This document shows, one piece after another, positions 27,358 to 37,633 of a stretch of DNA of 64,000 nucleotides. The DNA comes from Patescibacteria group bacterium UBA5147. GTDB taxonomy: Bacteria; Patescibacteriota; Saccharimonadia; UBA4664. Below the pieces are notes generated by a model. It was not told the origin of the DNA. It saw nothing but the letters and a program-made list of their open reading frames with translations, and ran no database searches. A program made the position numbers and the translations under genes. The stretch is taken from the NCBI GenBank assembly GCA_002415345.1, contig DHXV01000003.1:88213-152212 (forward strand), given 5' to 3'. How positions within the stretch are numbered: the first letter of the stretch is position 1; the number at the start of each line of letters is the position of its first letter.

Positions 27358-28722
27358 CTAAAAGCTTGCCAGCATCTTGTCGATGGTGGCGCCGAGCTTT
27401 GATACCGGGACACGCGTTTGTTCCATACTGTCCCGATGTCGAATGGTCACGGCGTCATCATCCAACGAATCAAAGTCGATGGTAACGCACAGCGGCGTCC
27501 CTATTTCATCCTGACGTCGGTAGCGTCGGCCGATACTTTGGGTTTCATCGTATTCGGTCCGGTATCGGCCGGCTAAATCTTGGAATACTTTGGTCGCCAG
27601 CGGTAGTAGCTTCTCATTCTTGCTTAACGGCAACACGGCGACCTTAACCGGTGCGATTTCCGGCTTGAACTTGAGGACCACGCGGGTCTCATCCTTGACC
27701 TGCTCCTCCGTGTAGGCGGAATGGATCAGTGCCAAGAACAGTCTTCCCACACCCACCGAGGGCTCGATTACGAAGGGAACATAACGGCTTTTGGATGCTT
27801 CATCGAAGAAGCTCAGGTCCTTGCCGCTTCCCTGCCCTTGAGCCTTGAGATCGAAGTCGGTCCGATTCGCAATGCCGTAAAGTTCCTTGAAGCCCATCGG
27901 ATAGCGGTACTGGATGTCGGTACTGGCCACGGCGTAGTGCGCCCGCTCACCGGCATCATGGTCGTACCACTGGAGGTTATCCTCAAGCAGACCGATGTCG
28001 GTCAGCCAACTCCAGCAAAAGTCTTTCCAGTACTTGTATTCGGTTTCCGCAGTATCGGGGGCGGTAAAATATTCCAACTCCATCTGCTCAAGCTCGCGGA
28101 CACGGAAGATAAAGTCGCCGGGCGTTATCTCGTTGCGGAAGGCCTTGCCGATCTGGGCGATACCGAACGGTATTTTCTGGCGCGAGGTTTCGAGGGTATT
28201 CTGGAACTGGGCGAAGATGCCGCCGGCCGTCTCGGGACGCAAATATGCGACGTTGGCATCGTCTGTTACCGGGCCGACATAGGTTTTGAACATCATGTTA
28301 AAGTCGCGGACCGGGGTCCATTGGCCTGTTTTGCCACAGTTCGGACATTTTTTGTCCTTCAACGCTGCATCATATTTGGCTAGGTCCTTGGTTTCGAAGT
28401 CCGCTACGTGATCGGCGCGGAAGCGGTGTTGGCAATTGCGGCAGTCAACGAGCGGGTCGGCAAAGGTTGCCACGTGTCCCGAGGCCGCCCACAGTTTGGG
28501 GTGTTGGATGATAGCGGTGTCCAGCCCCACGATATTGGCTCGCGAATATACGAAAGCCCGCCACCAGGAGTCCCGGATATTCTTGGCCAGTTCAGAACCG
28601 TAGGGGCCGTAGTCCCAGAACCCGGAGAGTCCTCCGTAAATTTCGGACGTTTGAAACACAAAGCCGCGTCGCTTTGCTAGCGAAACGAGCGTTTCCATGG
28701 AAGGACTGGTTGGTTCGGCCAT
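27358..28722 (-). CDS. glyQS: glycyl-tRNA synthetase, dimeric (alpha2) type
   Basis: FVFQTSEIYGGLSGFWDYGPYG... and a class-II core with an anticodon-binding C-terminus are typical of the eukaryote/archaeal-like GlyRS. Confidence 0.9.
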   Translation of the reverse strand: MAEPTSPSMETLVSLAKRRGFVFQTSEIYGGLSGFWDYGPYGSELAKNIRDSWWRAFVYSRANIVGLDTAIIQHPKLWAASGHVATFADPLVDCRNCQHRFRADHVADFETKDLAKYDAALKDKKCPNCGKTGQWTPVRDFNMMFKTYVGPVTDDANVAYLRPETAGGIFAQFQNTLETSRQKIPFGIAQIGKAFRNEITPGDFIFRVRELEQMELEYFTAPDTAETEYKYWKDFCWSWLTDIGLLEDNLQWYDHDAGERAHYAVASTDIQYRYPMGFKELYGIANRTDFDLKAQGQGSGKDLSFFDEASKSRYVPFVIEPSVGVGRLFLALIHSAYTEEQVKDETRVVLKFKPEIAPVKVAVLPLSKNEKLLPLATKVFQDLAGRYRTEYDETQSIGRRYRRQDEIGTPLCVTIDFDSLDDDAVTIRHRDSMEQTRVPVSKLGATIDKMLASF

Positions 28723-28725
28723 TGG

Positions 28726-29025
28726 TTAAAACCTTAGGTTAATTTCGTCAGTCAGTCCATTATACTCATCCTCTTCGATGCGTCCAAGTTCAAAGAGCGT
28801 TGCCATGTCCGCTTTGAAACTGGTTGTGGCTGCTTCAAGGCGTAATGACTGCTTATCGGAAAGGATGCGGAGAGTCGCAATGGAGTCTTTGATGAACTCC
28901 TCTACTTCGTCGCCCGTCATAAGTTCCGCCTCGCACATGGTAGTGAATTCGCGGATGCGACCAGGCGGTTCGATACCTGCGGCCTCGTAATCACTAAGGA
29001 TCCAACTTAGTTCTGATTGTTTCAT
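28726..29025 (-). CDS. hypothetical small acidic protein
   Basis: 99-aa ORF tightly packed between recO and glyQS (4-nt overlap with recO). No recognisable motif. Confidence 0.4.
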   Translation of the reverse strand: MKQSELSWILSDYEAAGIEPPGRIREFTTMCEAELMTGDEVEEFIKDSIATLRILSDKQSLRLEAATTSFKADMATLFELGRIEEDEYNGLTDEINLRF

Positions 29026-29756
29026 GGTTGTACTCCTATGGGGTCGGCGGAGAACGTCCGGCCCAGATGATATTGATAAAAACCGTCACAGGCAGACAGG
29101 CTGGACGTAGCCAGTTCCTCTGCCCCCCGGATGCCAGTAACGCTGGCAAAGGGGTGGTCGCTTAAAATGCGCCATAATTTAATCACTGAGTGTGGCATGG
29201 AGGTAGCGACAGCTTCGCGGCAGGTTTCACAAACGATGCCTCCCCGCTCAGGGCTGAAACTGTATGACGCTGTCGCGCTCGACTGGCCGCAGGCTAGGCA
29301 AGCTCCCAGTTCCGGTCGGTAGCCAAGGAGCTGCAACAAACGCAGTTTAAACCATAATTCAGGTAATTTCCCGCCGCGTCCTGCCTCGAGCAAGTGCAGC
29401 ATCTCTGCGGTCAGATTGTAAATGTCAGTTTGGGGCTGGTTTTCTTCGACCAGCCGGTCGACCATACCGGCCGTCATAAAAGCTAGTCCTAGGCGCTCGT
29501 AATTTCCGGCCAGTGAATGCGGGTACCAGGCCAGACGCGCCGAGGTCACCACATCCAAGTTACGGCCTTTAGTGAGCGTAAGAGCGACGTCGCTTAAGAG
29601 TTCCAAGTGCCCCCCGCTGCGGCTTTTGATACGCCGCACTCCCTTGGCGATGGCACTGAGTTTACCGTGATCGGGCGTGATGACACGGATAATCCGGTCG
29701 GCCTCCCCAAAGTTGGTGCGGCCGATAACGATGGCGTTGGTTTGATATGACGGCAT
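29022..29756 (-). CDS. recO: DNA repair protein RecO
   Basis: N-terminal OB-fold region (AIVIGRTNFGEADRIIRVIT). C-terminal CxxC...CxxC zinc motif (CLACG...CETC). Confidence 0.85.
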   Translation of the reverse strand: MPSYQTNAIVIGRTNFGEADRIIRVITPDHGKLSAIAKGVRRIKSRSGGHLELLSDVALTLTKGRNLDVVTSARLAWYPHSLAGNYERLGLAFMTAGMVDRLVEENQPQTDIYNLTAEMLHLLEAGRGGKLPELWFKLRLLQLLGYRPELGACLACGQSSATASYSFSPERGGIVCETCREAVATSMPHSVIKLWRILSDHPFASVTGIRGAEELATSSLSACDGFYQYHLGRTFSADPIGVQP

Positions 29757-29779
29757 TCGACTTATTACCGTAGCTTAAG

Positions 29780-30181
29780 TTAAGCCTCGGATGAACTGCT
29801 TCCGGATTCCTTAAGTACCTTAACGGCTTTCTGGACGACTTCGTCCGGCGTGTGATGGCTCTTGATCAGGTAATCGTTAACCCCCAGGGCTTTGGCCAGT
29901 TCCTGGTTCATGTCGACTTCAGCCTGCCCAAGATTGGTCAGGAGTATCACCGGAATCTGCCGCAGATCAGGTTGTTTTTTGATTTCCTTTAAGACATGGA
30001 AGCCGTTGAGTTTGGGCATGAGGATATCGAGCAGGATAAGTTCCGGCAGAAAGTCCTTCAGCATATTCAGACAATCCTCGCCATTGGTTGCGATACGCAC
30101 GTCATGGCCTTCCAACTCGAATTTCGCCTGGTACATTTCTACCAGGATTGCATCATCTTCAACAAGTAAAATTTTTGCCAC
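29780..30181 (-). CDS. single-domain response regulator (CheY-like receiver only)
   Basis: ILLVEDD...D(54)-equivalent in LILLDILMP, conserved T/K positions. No output domain. Confidence 0.85.
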   Translation of the reverse strand: MAKILLVEDDAILVEMYQAKFELEGHDVRIATNGEDCLNMLKDFLPELILLDILMPKLNGFHVLKEIKKQPDLRQIPVILLTNLGQAEVDMNQELAKALGVNDYLIKSHHTPDEVVQKAVKVLKESGSSSSEA

Positions 30182-30219
30182 GGGTATCTCCTTACTAATA
30201 GTTTAACAGATAGGAATAC

Positions 30220-33200
30220 CTACCCCAAGAGCGGAAGCTGTTTTGCGATGGGAACCGAGAACCTGAACTTGCTTCCCTTCCCCTCCTGACTGGTCACCCA
30301 GATTCGACCGCCATGGGACTCAACCAGGTTCTTGACTATGTAGAGCCCCAAACCGGATCCTCCGGCTTGGACGCTCATCGGGTTGTAGATGCGGCCGAAC
30401 TTGGTGAACAGCCGGTCAATCTGTCCTTTGCCGATGCCCACGCCCTGGTCGGTGATGGTCGTGATCAGCTCGTCGCCCTGGATGGTACAGTCAATTTGAA
30501 CCAAGCTCCCCGGCATAGAGTATTTGATGGCGTTATCCAATAAGTTCAGCATAATTTGGTGCAGCCGAGTCTCGTCCGCCAGCACTAGCGGCAGTTTGGC
30601 GTGTCGTTTAACTTTAATGGAGATATCGTTGGTTTCGCCTTTGCCGGACAGTTCCGTCACGACGTCGGTGATAACGCTGTCGAGTCCAACTGGGTTAATT
30701 GTCAGGTTTATCTTCCCCGACTCGATGTAGGAAACGTCCAAAAGGTCTTCCACCAAATCGATCATGCGTTGGTTTGATTGATAAACCCGGGTCAAGTAGT
30801 GGGATTGTTTATCGTTGAGCGGTCCGAAGTCGTTTTTTATGACCATTGAGAGAAAGCCCTTGATGGCGGTCAGCGGGGTACGCAGTTCGTGAGAAACGAT
30901 GGAAATAAAGTCACTCTTTATTTCATCTATCTCCCGGTCTTTCTGGGTATTGCGGATAATAGCGATTCCGGAAGTTACTCTGCCTGAATCGTCGAAAATC
31001 GGTGAATAGCTGACTTCAGTCCACACTCGCCCGCCGTTACGGCTCTCGATGAGCTGCTCGCTGTTGGAAATGGTAATTCCCTCGCCGAGAACCCGGGCCA
31101 GAGGCGAAACTCCGGCAGTATGCTTATCGGTGGAAGCAGTTTTGATAATGCTGCCGAACGGTTTTCCGATGGCGTCTGCCGTGGTCCACTGAGTAATGGT
31201 AGTGGATGCCGGATTAAACCCGACGATTATTCCATTGCGGTCAAAGATGACGATGCCTTCATCAGTAAAGCGGAATACCGCCTCCCAGCGCTCACGTCGG
31301 GCGTTGACGTCGTGGTAGAGGTTTGAATTTTCAATGAGGACGGCAAGCCGGGTTGCGACCAGGCGCAACAATTTGGAATCATGCTCGTCATAATCGACCG
31401 CCGGCCTCCCGACTTCGATTACGCCGAGGGTCTTGGAATGATGAATAATTGGCATGGCCATGCGGCTTATACCTTGGGCGTCGGCCGATTCTAATATCCC
31501 TCGGCGCCCGACGAAGGACTTGGATACAATATTATCGGCACTCAGCTCAAGCGTTTCCCTATTATCCTGAGTCGTACCGTCCGACTGACGTACAAGAAGT
31601 TGTCTCGCTGGCTCATACAGGTATACGGAAGCCTCCGGCGAGACCAGCAGGATGCTGATTTTGGAGACATATTTTTGATAAATAGTCGCAACGTTGAAGC
31701 CGATAATACTGGAGAGCTCCGCCAGCTGGGAGAGCTCGCGGAGGTGCCTTTGCGCCTTGGCAGTCATCTCATTGGATTCAACGGTTTTTTCAATCAGAGG
31801 GGTGATGTCGCGCGCCGTGACGACGGCCCCTGTTACCCGTTCCTGACTATGAACCGGGCCAAACGATATCTGCACATGTCTTCCCTGTCCGATGAAATGG
31901 CCGTAACACGTGAGGCGTTTGCCCAGCAGAACCTCGGCAATCAGTTCCGGGATATTTTGGTCGAATACGATATCGTCACGACTTTCGAGGAGCGAAAAGA
32001 CTTGTTTACCAGTGATATCCTCGGGTTGGTCGAACAAATTCTGCCATTCCTGGTTGTATTCACTAACTACGCCCGAAGAATCTATCAGTACCATTCCATC
32101 GAGCATGTTGGCTTGGATCGTGGCAAGCTTCTCTTTTTCGAGGTATAGCTGGGTAATGTCGCGAATACTTATGAGTGTCCCTATGGGGTCGCCGACAGTG
32201 TCACGGTATGGTGAGTAAACGGCTTCGTAGTAGTTGTTCCTGTCGTCGCTCGCGACGGAGAAATTAGTGCGGATAACCTTTCCGGCCCTAGCCTCCGCAA
32301 TGGCCTTAACCAGACGATCACTTTCGATATTGGCGCGAACCGATTGGTTGAACAGGTTGACACCAAATGTCTGTTTTATATCTTGGCGCCTCAGCTGAAG
32401 CAGTGAGCCGGCGGCAGAGTTAAAGTACCTAAGGCTGCCGTTCATATCGAGTACTATCAAGCCGTCCTGCATCAGGTTCCGGGTCTGCTCAATCTCATTG
32501 GAAATCTTGATGAGACTGGAGTGCATGTTGGCGTTGGCAAAGGCAATACTTGCTTGCTCCGCCAGGCTTTGGCTAAAACGGAGCTCTGAATTAATAAAGT
32601 GCCGCGGGGTTTTAGTATAAAGCACCAATGCACCGACCGGCACGTCGGCGGAGAAGATAGGCGCAATCAACATCGAGCAAATGCCCTCTTCCTTGAGGAG
32701 GTCTAGTTGCTTGGAAATGGCACCTTGAGTGACGTCGTAAATTTGAGCCGGGTTGCGGCTGGCAATTATCTGCCGGGCCGCCGGACTGGAAATATCGATT
32801 ATCAACTGCTCGGTATATTTTTCAGACAAACCGTTGGCTTTGTAAATATACAGGTCGTTAGTATCCGGTTGAATTAGGAATAACGAGACGGCATTAACCC
32901 GAAATAATCGCCGGGTATGGGATAGGAGCGTATCAACGGTCTTGTCAAAATCCAGTGATTTGGTGACGGCCTGGGTTATGCGCTGAAGCCCGAGACTCTC
33001 TGCCAAGCCGTTTTTAACAGCTTCACGGAGTTTCAAACTTCCGAGCGTATTTGCTGTTTCACGCTTTAGAACGTTTATGATTGCAGCTGTGTCCAGATCC
33101 AGGGGGTCCAGTCCGAATAGGACGATGCCGCCAAGCGTTACGCTCCCCGCTTCCAGCGGATATATGGCAGGGTGCGCCAGGCCGATTTTTTTCGTAGCAG

Positions 33201-33519
33201 CAATAAAATCCGCTTTCTGCTGCCAGGCTTGCATGTCGGGTGCAATGAATTCGTTACCTGCTGGCTGTTGTTCCGGGTAGACCAAAAGACCCTGCCCAGC
33301 GACTGGGAGGAAATGTTCATCAACGAGATCGACGCTTCCCGTGGGACCGAATACAAAGACTGAAACCGCGCTATCGGGGAGAATTTTCTTGATGGCCTGA
33401 GTCAAGGTATGAACGGCCCGTCCCGGTGTCTTAGCTGACCCTATGGCCTGAAGCTTTGCATCAAGTTGTGTGATCGTTAATGCTACACGTTTGATTGCAA
33501 CTGGTTTTTGCGCAGCCAT
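30220..33519 (-). CDS. multi-sensor (PAS/GAF repeats) hybrid-less histidine kinase
   Basis: The C-terminal HisKA H-box SHELRTPLTAIKGF and HATPase_c G-boxes (GGSGLGLYIV) are preceded by a roughly 800-aa cytoplasmic sensor region with several PAS/GAF-like modules. No TM helices obvious. Confidence 0.85.
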   Translation of the reverse strand: MAAQKPVAIKRVALTITQLDAKLQAIGSAKTPGRAVHTLTQAIKKILPDSAVSVFVFGPTGSVDLVDEHFLPVAGQGLLVYPEQQPAGNEFIAPDMQAWQQKADFIAATKKIGLAHPAIYPLEAGSVTLGGIVLFGLDPLDLDTAAIINVLKRETANTLGSLKLREAVKNGLAESLGLQRITQAVTKSLDFDKTVDTLLSHTRRLFRVNAVSLFLIQPDTNDLYIYKANGLSEKYTEQLIIDISSPAARQIIASRNPAQIYDVTQGAISKQLDLLKEEGICSMLIAPIFSADVPVGALVLYTKTPRHFINSELRFSQSLAEQASIAFANANMHSSLIKISNEIEQTRNLMQDGLIVLDMNGSLRYFNSAAGSLLQLRRQDIKQTFGVNLFNQSVRANIESDRLVKAIAEARAGKVIRTNFSVASDDRNNYYEAVYSPYRDTVGDPIGTLISIRDITQLYLEKEKLATIQANMLDGMVLIDSSGVVSEYNQEWQNLFDQPEDITGKQVFSLLESRDDIVFDQNIPELIAEVLLGKRLTCYGHFIGQGRHVQISFGPVHSQERVTGAVVTARDITPLIEKTVESNEMTAKAQRHLRELSQLAELSSIIGFNVATIYQKYVSKISILLVSPEASVYLYEPARQLLVRQSDGTTQDNRETLELSADNIVSKSFVGRRGILESADAQGISRMAMPIIHHSKTLGVIEVGRPAVDYDEHDSKLLRLVATRLAVLIENSNLYHDVNARRERWEAVFRFTDEGIVIFDRNGIIVGFNPASTTITQWTTADAIGKPFGSIIKTASTDKHTAGVSPLARVLGEGITISNSEQLIESRNGGRVWTEVSYSPIFDDSGRVTSGIAIIRNTQKDREIDEIKSDFISIVSHELRTPLTAIKGFLSMVIKNDFGPLNDKQSHYLTRVYQSNQRMIDLVEDLLDVSYIESGKINLTINPVGLDSVITDVVTELSGKGETNDISIKVKRHAKLPLVLADETRLHQIMLNLLDNAIKYSMPGSLVQIDCTIQGDELITTITDQGVGIGKGQIDRLFTKFGRIYNPMSVQAGGSGLGLYIVKNLVESHGGRIWVTSQEGKGSKFRFSVPIAKQLPLLG

Positions 33520-33602
33520 TCATCTCCATTGACTTTATACTCTTCAGATTAGCATCGCCAGAGGACAATCCTCAAGCGTAAGCATAACGTTTAAGAGATC
33601 AT

Positions 33603-34265
33603 TTATGGGTTTATCTTGGACTGGGCAAGGATCAGGTCGAACTCGCTGTTGTAGGTGGGATCCTCATTTGTGAACACAAGGGTTTTGTCACGGATTGGGA
33701 CCGCTATCATCCGCTTAGTCCGTTTATCGGTGAATTTCCCGGTAAATTGGATTGCCGGGATGCCCGATACCGTTGTGTCGGATTTCTTCAGATCTTTATT
33801 GCTCAGGAAGTCTTTGGTATATTCGGCCAAGGTCCGCTGATTAAGGGTAATTTTAGTCGCTGATAAGTCGGCGACGTTATTTTGAGTTTTAACGAAATCC
33901 GGATTGACTACCAGGATAACTTGAATCGTATTGGAACGATTTTCAGTGACGTCGCCACTCCAGTTCTTGGGAAACTTAATTTCAAACGAACCATATTCGA
34001 TTGGTGCGACATAGGATCGGAATGGTGATTCGGAGGCCAACTCGGCAGCGGTTTGATCAATCTTTTTCTGGTCGATGCGGGCGCTGTCGGCCGCGGCTTG
34101 CCGTTGCGAGTTCAACGTCGCGGCAGCGGTATTGGCCTTTGAGAACGCCACCACTGCTAAAACGCCGAATATTACAGATCCCAATCCAAGGACCACGATG
34201 AGGATCGTGACCAAGGGATTACGGGTGTTTTGCGGGGCATTGTGAGTCGGAGTTTCTGGCATCAT
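33603..34265 (-). CDS. hypothetical membrane-anchored protein
   Basis: N-terminal TM (LVTILIVVLGLGSVIFGVLAVVAF) followed by a soluble domain with no recognisable motif. Confidence 0.45.
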   Translation of the reverse strand: MMPETPTHNAPQNTRNPLVTILIVVLGLGSVIFGVLAVVAFSKANTAAATLNSQRQAAADSARIDQKKIDQTAAELASESPFRSYVAPIEYGSFEIKFPKNWSGDVTENRSNTIQVILVVNPDFVKTQNNVADLSATKITLNQRTLAEYTKDFLSNKDLKKSDTTVSGIPAIQFTGKFTDKRTKRMIAVPIRDKTLVFTNEDPTYNSEFDLILAQSKINP

Positions 34266-34286
34266 ATTAATGCTTATGGTACCCGT

Positions 34287-34802
34287 CTATCGGGGTTTCT
34301 GCAATACGGCTTCGGCGTAGGGGTAGTCATAAACGAACGTGTTCCGCGACGAACGTACGGCCGCTCTGCCGGGAATCTCGAATACGAACGATACTACCGT
34401 GGTGGGGTGTGACAGCTCGTTCGATAGTTTCCGGTCAAGCCGGCTCATATAGCGATCAAGGAGGAAGACGTAAATTATATCGGCGGCCGGCAGCTTTGCG
34501 TGCCAGAAGTCGCCCAATCTAATACGGACCAAGCCTCGGTACCGCCAACACACGACGAGCGAAATAGCGTAGAGAACGGGATTGATTTCATAGCCGATAG
34601 CCCGGACTCCGCGTTTTGCGGCCTCGCGCAACAGCCGGCCGTCGCCGGAGCCCAAATCAATCAGCGTCTGGCCGGGTTTGAGCTGGGCGAGTTCCAGAAG
34701 CGGTCCATAGTCACGTCGTAGTATCGGTACATAGGGCGCACCAATAAATGCAGCGACTCCGAAACCGCCGAAGAGCACTATCGCCAGGACGTACCACAGC
34801 AT
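34287..34802 (-). CDS. small membrane-anchored class I SAM-dependent methyltransferase
   Basis: N-terminal TM, then motif I LIDLGSGDGRLL and post-I acidic residue (GYEIN). Confidence 0.55.
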   Translation of the reverse strand: MLWYVLAIVLFGGFGVAAFIGAPYVPILRRDYGPLLELAQLKPGQTLIDLGSGDGRLLREAAKRGVRAIGYEINPVLYAISLVVCWRYRGLVRIRLGDFWHAKLPAADIIYVFLLDRYMSRLDRKLSNELSHPTTVVSFVFEIPGRAAVRSSRNTFVYDYPYAEAVLQKPR

Positions 34803-35062
34803 CAGTCGAGCAAGTCGGTTTCTTCCCCGCCGAACGGCTGGCTGGGGGCGGCTTGCTTCCGGCTGTCGCCAAACCGGGCCTTAATTTTTTCCACTTGGTT
34901 TTCCACGCTCGCCAAGTGTTCTTTGAGGGCGGCAGCCAGCTCCAAACCGCGCTCGAATTTCTGCAGGCCCGCATCCAAGTCGGCATCACTGGATTCAAAC
35001 CACTGGGTAATCTGCTCAAGCTCGTTGAGAGAAGCTTCAAAATTAAATGGTTTCTGCGGCAT
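34802..35062 (-). CDS. xseB: exodeoxyribonuclease VII small subunit
   Basis: FEASLNELEQITQWFESSDADLDAGLQKFERGLEL is the XseB signature. Overlaps the xseA stop. Confidence 0.85.
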   Translation of the reverse strand: MPQKPFNFEASLNELEQITQWFESSDADLDAGLQKFERGLELAAALKEHLASVENQVEKIKARFGDSRKQAAPSQPFGGEETDLLD

Positions 35063-36297
35063 TATTCCTTTACCTCTACGCTCAGTTTTCCTTTGGCTAA
35101 TTGTACCATGAGGGGCGACCCGACTGTCACTGATGTCGCGTCCTTTACTACGGACTTCCCGGAAATGACGATGGCATATCCCCGGGCCAGGGTAGCCTGC
35201 GGGCTGGCGGATTTGAGCAAGCGCTCCAGTCCCGTAATCTGGTCCCGGCGTTGTCTGAGAATACGCTCGTAACTTTGCTCCACGCGGGACTGGAGGACTT
35301 CGGATTGCACCCGCATTTGTGCCGTCCTGCCGTGCATGCGTTCAAGATTGCGCGCCAGTACCAGCACGGCCGCTCTCACGGCCTCAGACGGACGTTGGAT
35401 GGAGCGTTGCAGGACGTTCAGGTGCCGGTCGACAATGGTATGGCGCGATTCTACCAGGCTGCCAAACGATTGTTCCATGCGGCCGGCGGAGAACAGGATT
35501 TGGGCTTCAATTTCCAGTCGGTCGGGTACAACCAGGCGCGCGGCATCGGTTGGGGTGGCCGCCCGCACGTCGGCGGCGTAATCGGCCAGGCTGACGTCAA
35601 CTTCGTGACCCACGCCCACGATAATTGGCGTGCGGCTCCCGGCCACGGCCCTGGCCACAGGCTCGGTACTGAAAGCACTCAGGTCGTCGAGCGACCCGCC
35701 GCCTCGGATCAGTACCAGCACGTCGGCCGCTGGCGAAGCCTGGTTGAAATATTCGATTGCGTCGACGATTTGGTCGGGGGCGGTTACCCCTTGAACACTC
35801 ACGTCGGCCAACTTTACGGTAACCCCTCCCCAGCGGGCGCTTAAGATCTTGACGAAGTCAGCGTAGGCGGCAGAGGTGCCAGAGGTAATGAGGCCGATAG
35901 TTCTGGGGTACCGTGGGAGTTCCCGTTTGCGCGATACGTCGAACAGCCCTTCGGCAGTCAGCTTGCGCTTGAGCAGCTCCATGGCCCGCCTGAGCTCCCC
36001 TTCCCCCGCCAGTTCAATGGCTTTAACGGTGAGGCTGAATTTGGAAAACTTGGTAATTTTGGGGCTGCCCGTCACCCTGATCTTCATACCGTCTTCAATC
36101 GGCAGACGTAGCTGATGCAGCATCATGAAACAGCTGAGGGTACTGGTATCGTCTTTGAGGTCGAAAAAGACGAACTTGCCCTGGTTGATCTTAAAACTTG
36201 AGACCTCCCCTTCCACTATGACCACTGGGTAAGCCATGGCCAACGTGTCATTGATGATGCCGACAAATTGGGAGACAGTGATGATTTCTGGCTGCAT
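35062..36297 (-). CDS. xseA: exodeoxyribonuclease VII large subunit
   Basis: N-terminal OB fold (VSQFVGIINDTLAMAYPVVIVEGEVSSFK), central catalytic region, C-terminal coiled-coil. 411 aa. Confidence 0.85.
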   Translation of the reverse strand: MQPEIITVSQFVGIINDTLAMAYPVVIVEGEVSSFKINQGKFVFFDLKDDTSTLSCFMMLHQLRLPIEDGMKIRVTGSPKITKFSKFSLTVKAIELAGEGELRRAMELLKRKLTAEGLFDVSRKRELPRYPRTIGLITSGTSAAYADFVKILSARWGGVTVKLADVSVQGVTAPDQIVDAIEYFNQASPAADVLVLIRGGGSLDDLSAFSTEPVARAVAGSRTPIIVGVGHEVDVSLADYAADVRAATPTDAARLVVPDRLEIEAQILFSAGRMEQSFGSLVESRHTIVDRHLNVLQRSIQRPSEAVRAAVLVLARNLERMHGRTAQMRVQSEVLQSRVEQSYERILRQRRDQITGLERLLKSASPQATLARGYAIVISGKSVVKDATSVTVGSPLMVQLAKGKLSVEVKE

Positions 36298-36317
36298 GGT
36301 TATTATGATACCAGCTT

Positions 36318-36356
36318 TGGAACAAGAAAAAGGCCACCTTCAATGAAGGTGGCCTG
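36318..36356 (-). terminator. rho-independent terminator for the 36384-36800 gene
   Basis: Minus strand reads AGGCCACCTTCA-ttg-AAGGTGGCCT followed by TTTTTCTTGTT. Confidence 0.75.
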
Positions 36357-36383
36357 GTAGGTTATGGAGGATAATTTAAGTTG

Positions 36384-36800
36384 CTACGCAACGTCGAGCT
36401 GCGGGGTGTCGCGTCGCAGGCTACGTTCATGTCTGATGGTAGCGTTCCGAATCAAGCGGTCCAGATGCCGGTCATCGCGCCGTAGTTTGCTGAAGATGTC
36501 GCGGGTGATAAGGATGGTTTCAATACCGTAACGCTCGCGGGTCAGAGCAATTTTGAGGCGCTTCAGCTGTAGCCGCCGCAGATTGGCAGCTCGTTGATGC
36601 TGAGACATCGTCGGGAGTCCACGATCGGCAAAAGTGAGCTCAATATTCATTCCCGGGCGGAAAGCGGTTGGAGGCAGGTAGAAATCTGGACAGAATCCGC
36701 CCCATCGGATTGCTAATTCACCGGGTGGGAGGTAGATGATCCCGTAAAAGCGACTTTCGTACTCGTGAACTATGCCTTTGCGTCGAAGGAGGTGGGCCAA
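36384..36800 (-). CDS. DUF559/Vsr-like (PD-(D/E)xK-fold) small protein, paralog 1
   Basis: LLRRKGI..EYESRF....CPDFYLP......IELTF matches the DUF559 pattern (LR..G..F.R...PDFY.....IE.DG), with the DG degenerate. Confidence 0.5.
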   Translation of the reverse strand: MAHLLRRKGIVHEYESRFYGIIYLPPGELAIRWGGFCPDFYLPPTAFRPGMNIELTFADRGLPTMSQHQRAANLRRLQLKRLKIALTRERYGIETILITRDIFSKLRRDDRHLDRLIRNATIRHERSLRRDTPQLDVA

Positions 36801-36940
36801 TTCTCGCTCACCATTGTGTATTCATGGATCGTGCGCCCAAGGCATCTGACGCATGCTCTCTGAGCCGATCGTCGGCGAAGTCTGATGTCTGGACATTTTG
36901 ATGCTCAAGCTACTCACCTCACTTCTAGGGAGTAAAAAGC

Positions 36941-36981
36941 CCTCCCGACCCGACTGTCTCATACGCAGTCGGGTCCGGAGG
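36941..36981 (-). terminator. long (about 17 bp) stem-loop with flanking A/T tracts, likely terminator for the 37139-37633 gene
   Basis: CCCTCCCGACCCGACTG-tctcatacg-CAGTCGGGTCCGGAGGG. The minus strand has CTTTTTA after the stem. Confidence 0.6.
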
Positions 36982-37138
36982 GAAAAACGTGTGCGGCATT
37001 GGGGTTGGGTGAACTCTGCACGGTTCACCTGCCAGATACGGATCACCTCCTAGTTCGTCGAGCCGAGATTTGCGGTTCGATAGGTGTTCAAGGTGACCCT
37101 CCTTTCATGGACGCGTTCGGATGTTCAGTGGAACTTCA

Positions 37139-37633
37139 TTACGCGACGTTGGCACTTCTCTCATGCGCCTCCCGCTCTTGTTTGGCTATTTCGATCAGGT
37201 CAGGGAGAGTGGTGTCGTCATTGTTAAGACGACGGAGCTCGTCCGGGCCGACGAGAACGATTGTGACCCACGGGTAGAGCTTGTGAGCGTTGCTGATCTT
37301 GTCCCGCTTGAAGTCCATATTGATGTCATTGCCTAGAGTGACCTCAATGAAGACGGCGAACTTACGGACGTAGAAGTCGGGCTTGATGGCCGACTTCCCT
37401 TTGCCGGTAAGCGTCAGGGTGAATTCGCGGCATTCGTAATCGAACTTGAGGCCGAGGCTGCGGAGCAGATCGGCGATGAAGTGCTCGCTCGGAGTCTTTG
37501 GTCCCGGAGCGTACGCGGCCCGCTCATGAACGGCGGTCGATTGCGTTGTCCGATTCCTGAGATCCTTCCCGCCGCGAATCCGCCGCGGACCGAAATTCTC
37601 GCGGGCCTTCACCGCAGTAGGAAATGAAGTCAT
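37139..37633 (-). CDS. DUF559/Vsr-like (PD-(D/E)xK-fold) small protein, paralog 2
   Basis: LLRSLGLKFDYECREF...KPDFYVRKFAVFIEVTLG aligns with paralog 1 and with the DUF559 pattern. ATG 37633 preceded by GGAGGAG with a 5-nt spacer. The longer ORF to 37675 is less likely. Confidence 0.5.
   Translation of the reverse strand: MTSFPTAVKARENFGPRRIRGGKDLRNRTTQSTAVHERAAYAPGPKTPSEHFIADLLRSLGLKFDYECREFTLTLTGKGKSAIKPDFYVRKFAVFIEVTLGNDINMDFKRDKISNAHKLYPWVTIVLVGPDELRRLNNDDTTLPDLIEIAKQEREAHERSANVA

Noticed and set aside
31600-32148. 182-aa + strand ORF
   Set aside because: Antisense inside the histidine kinase gene.
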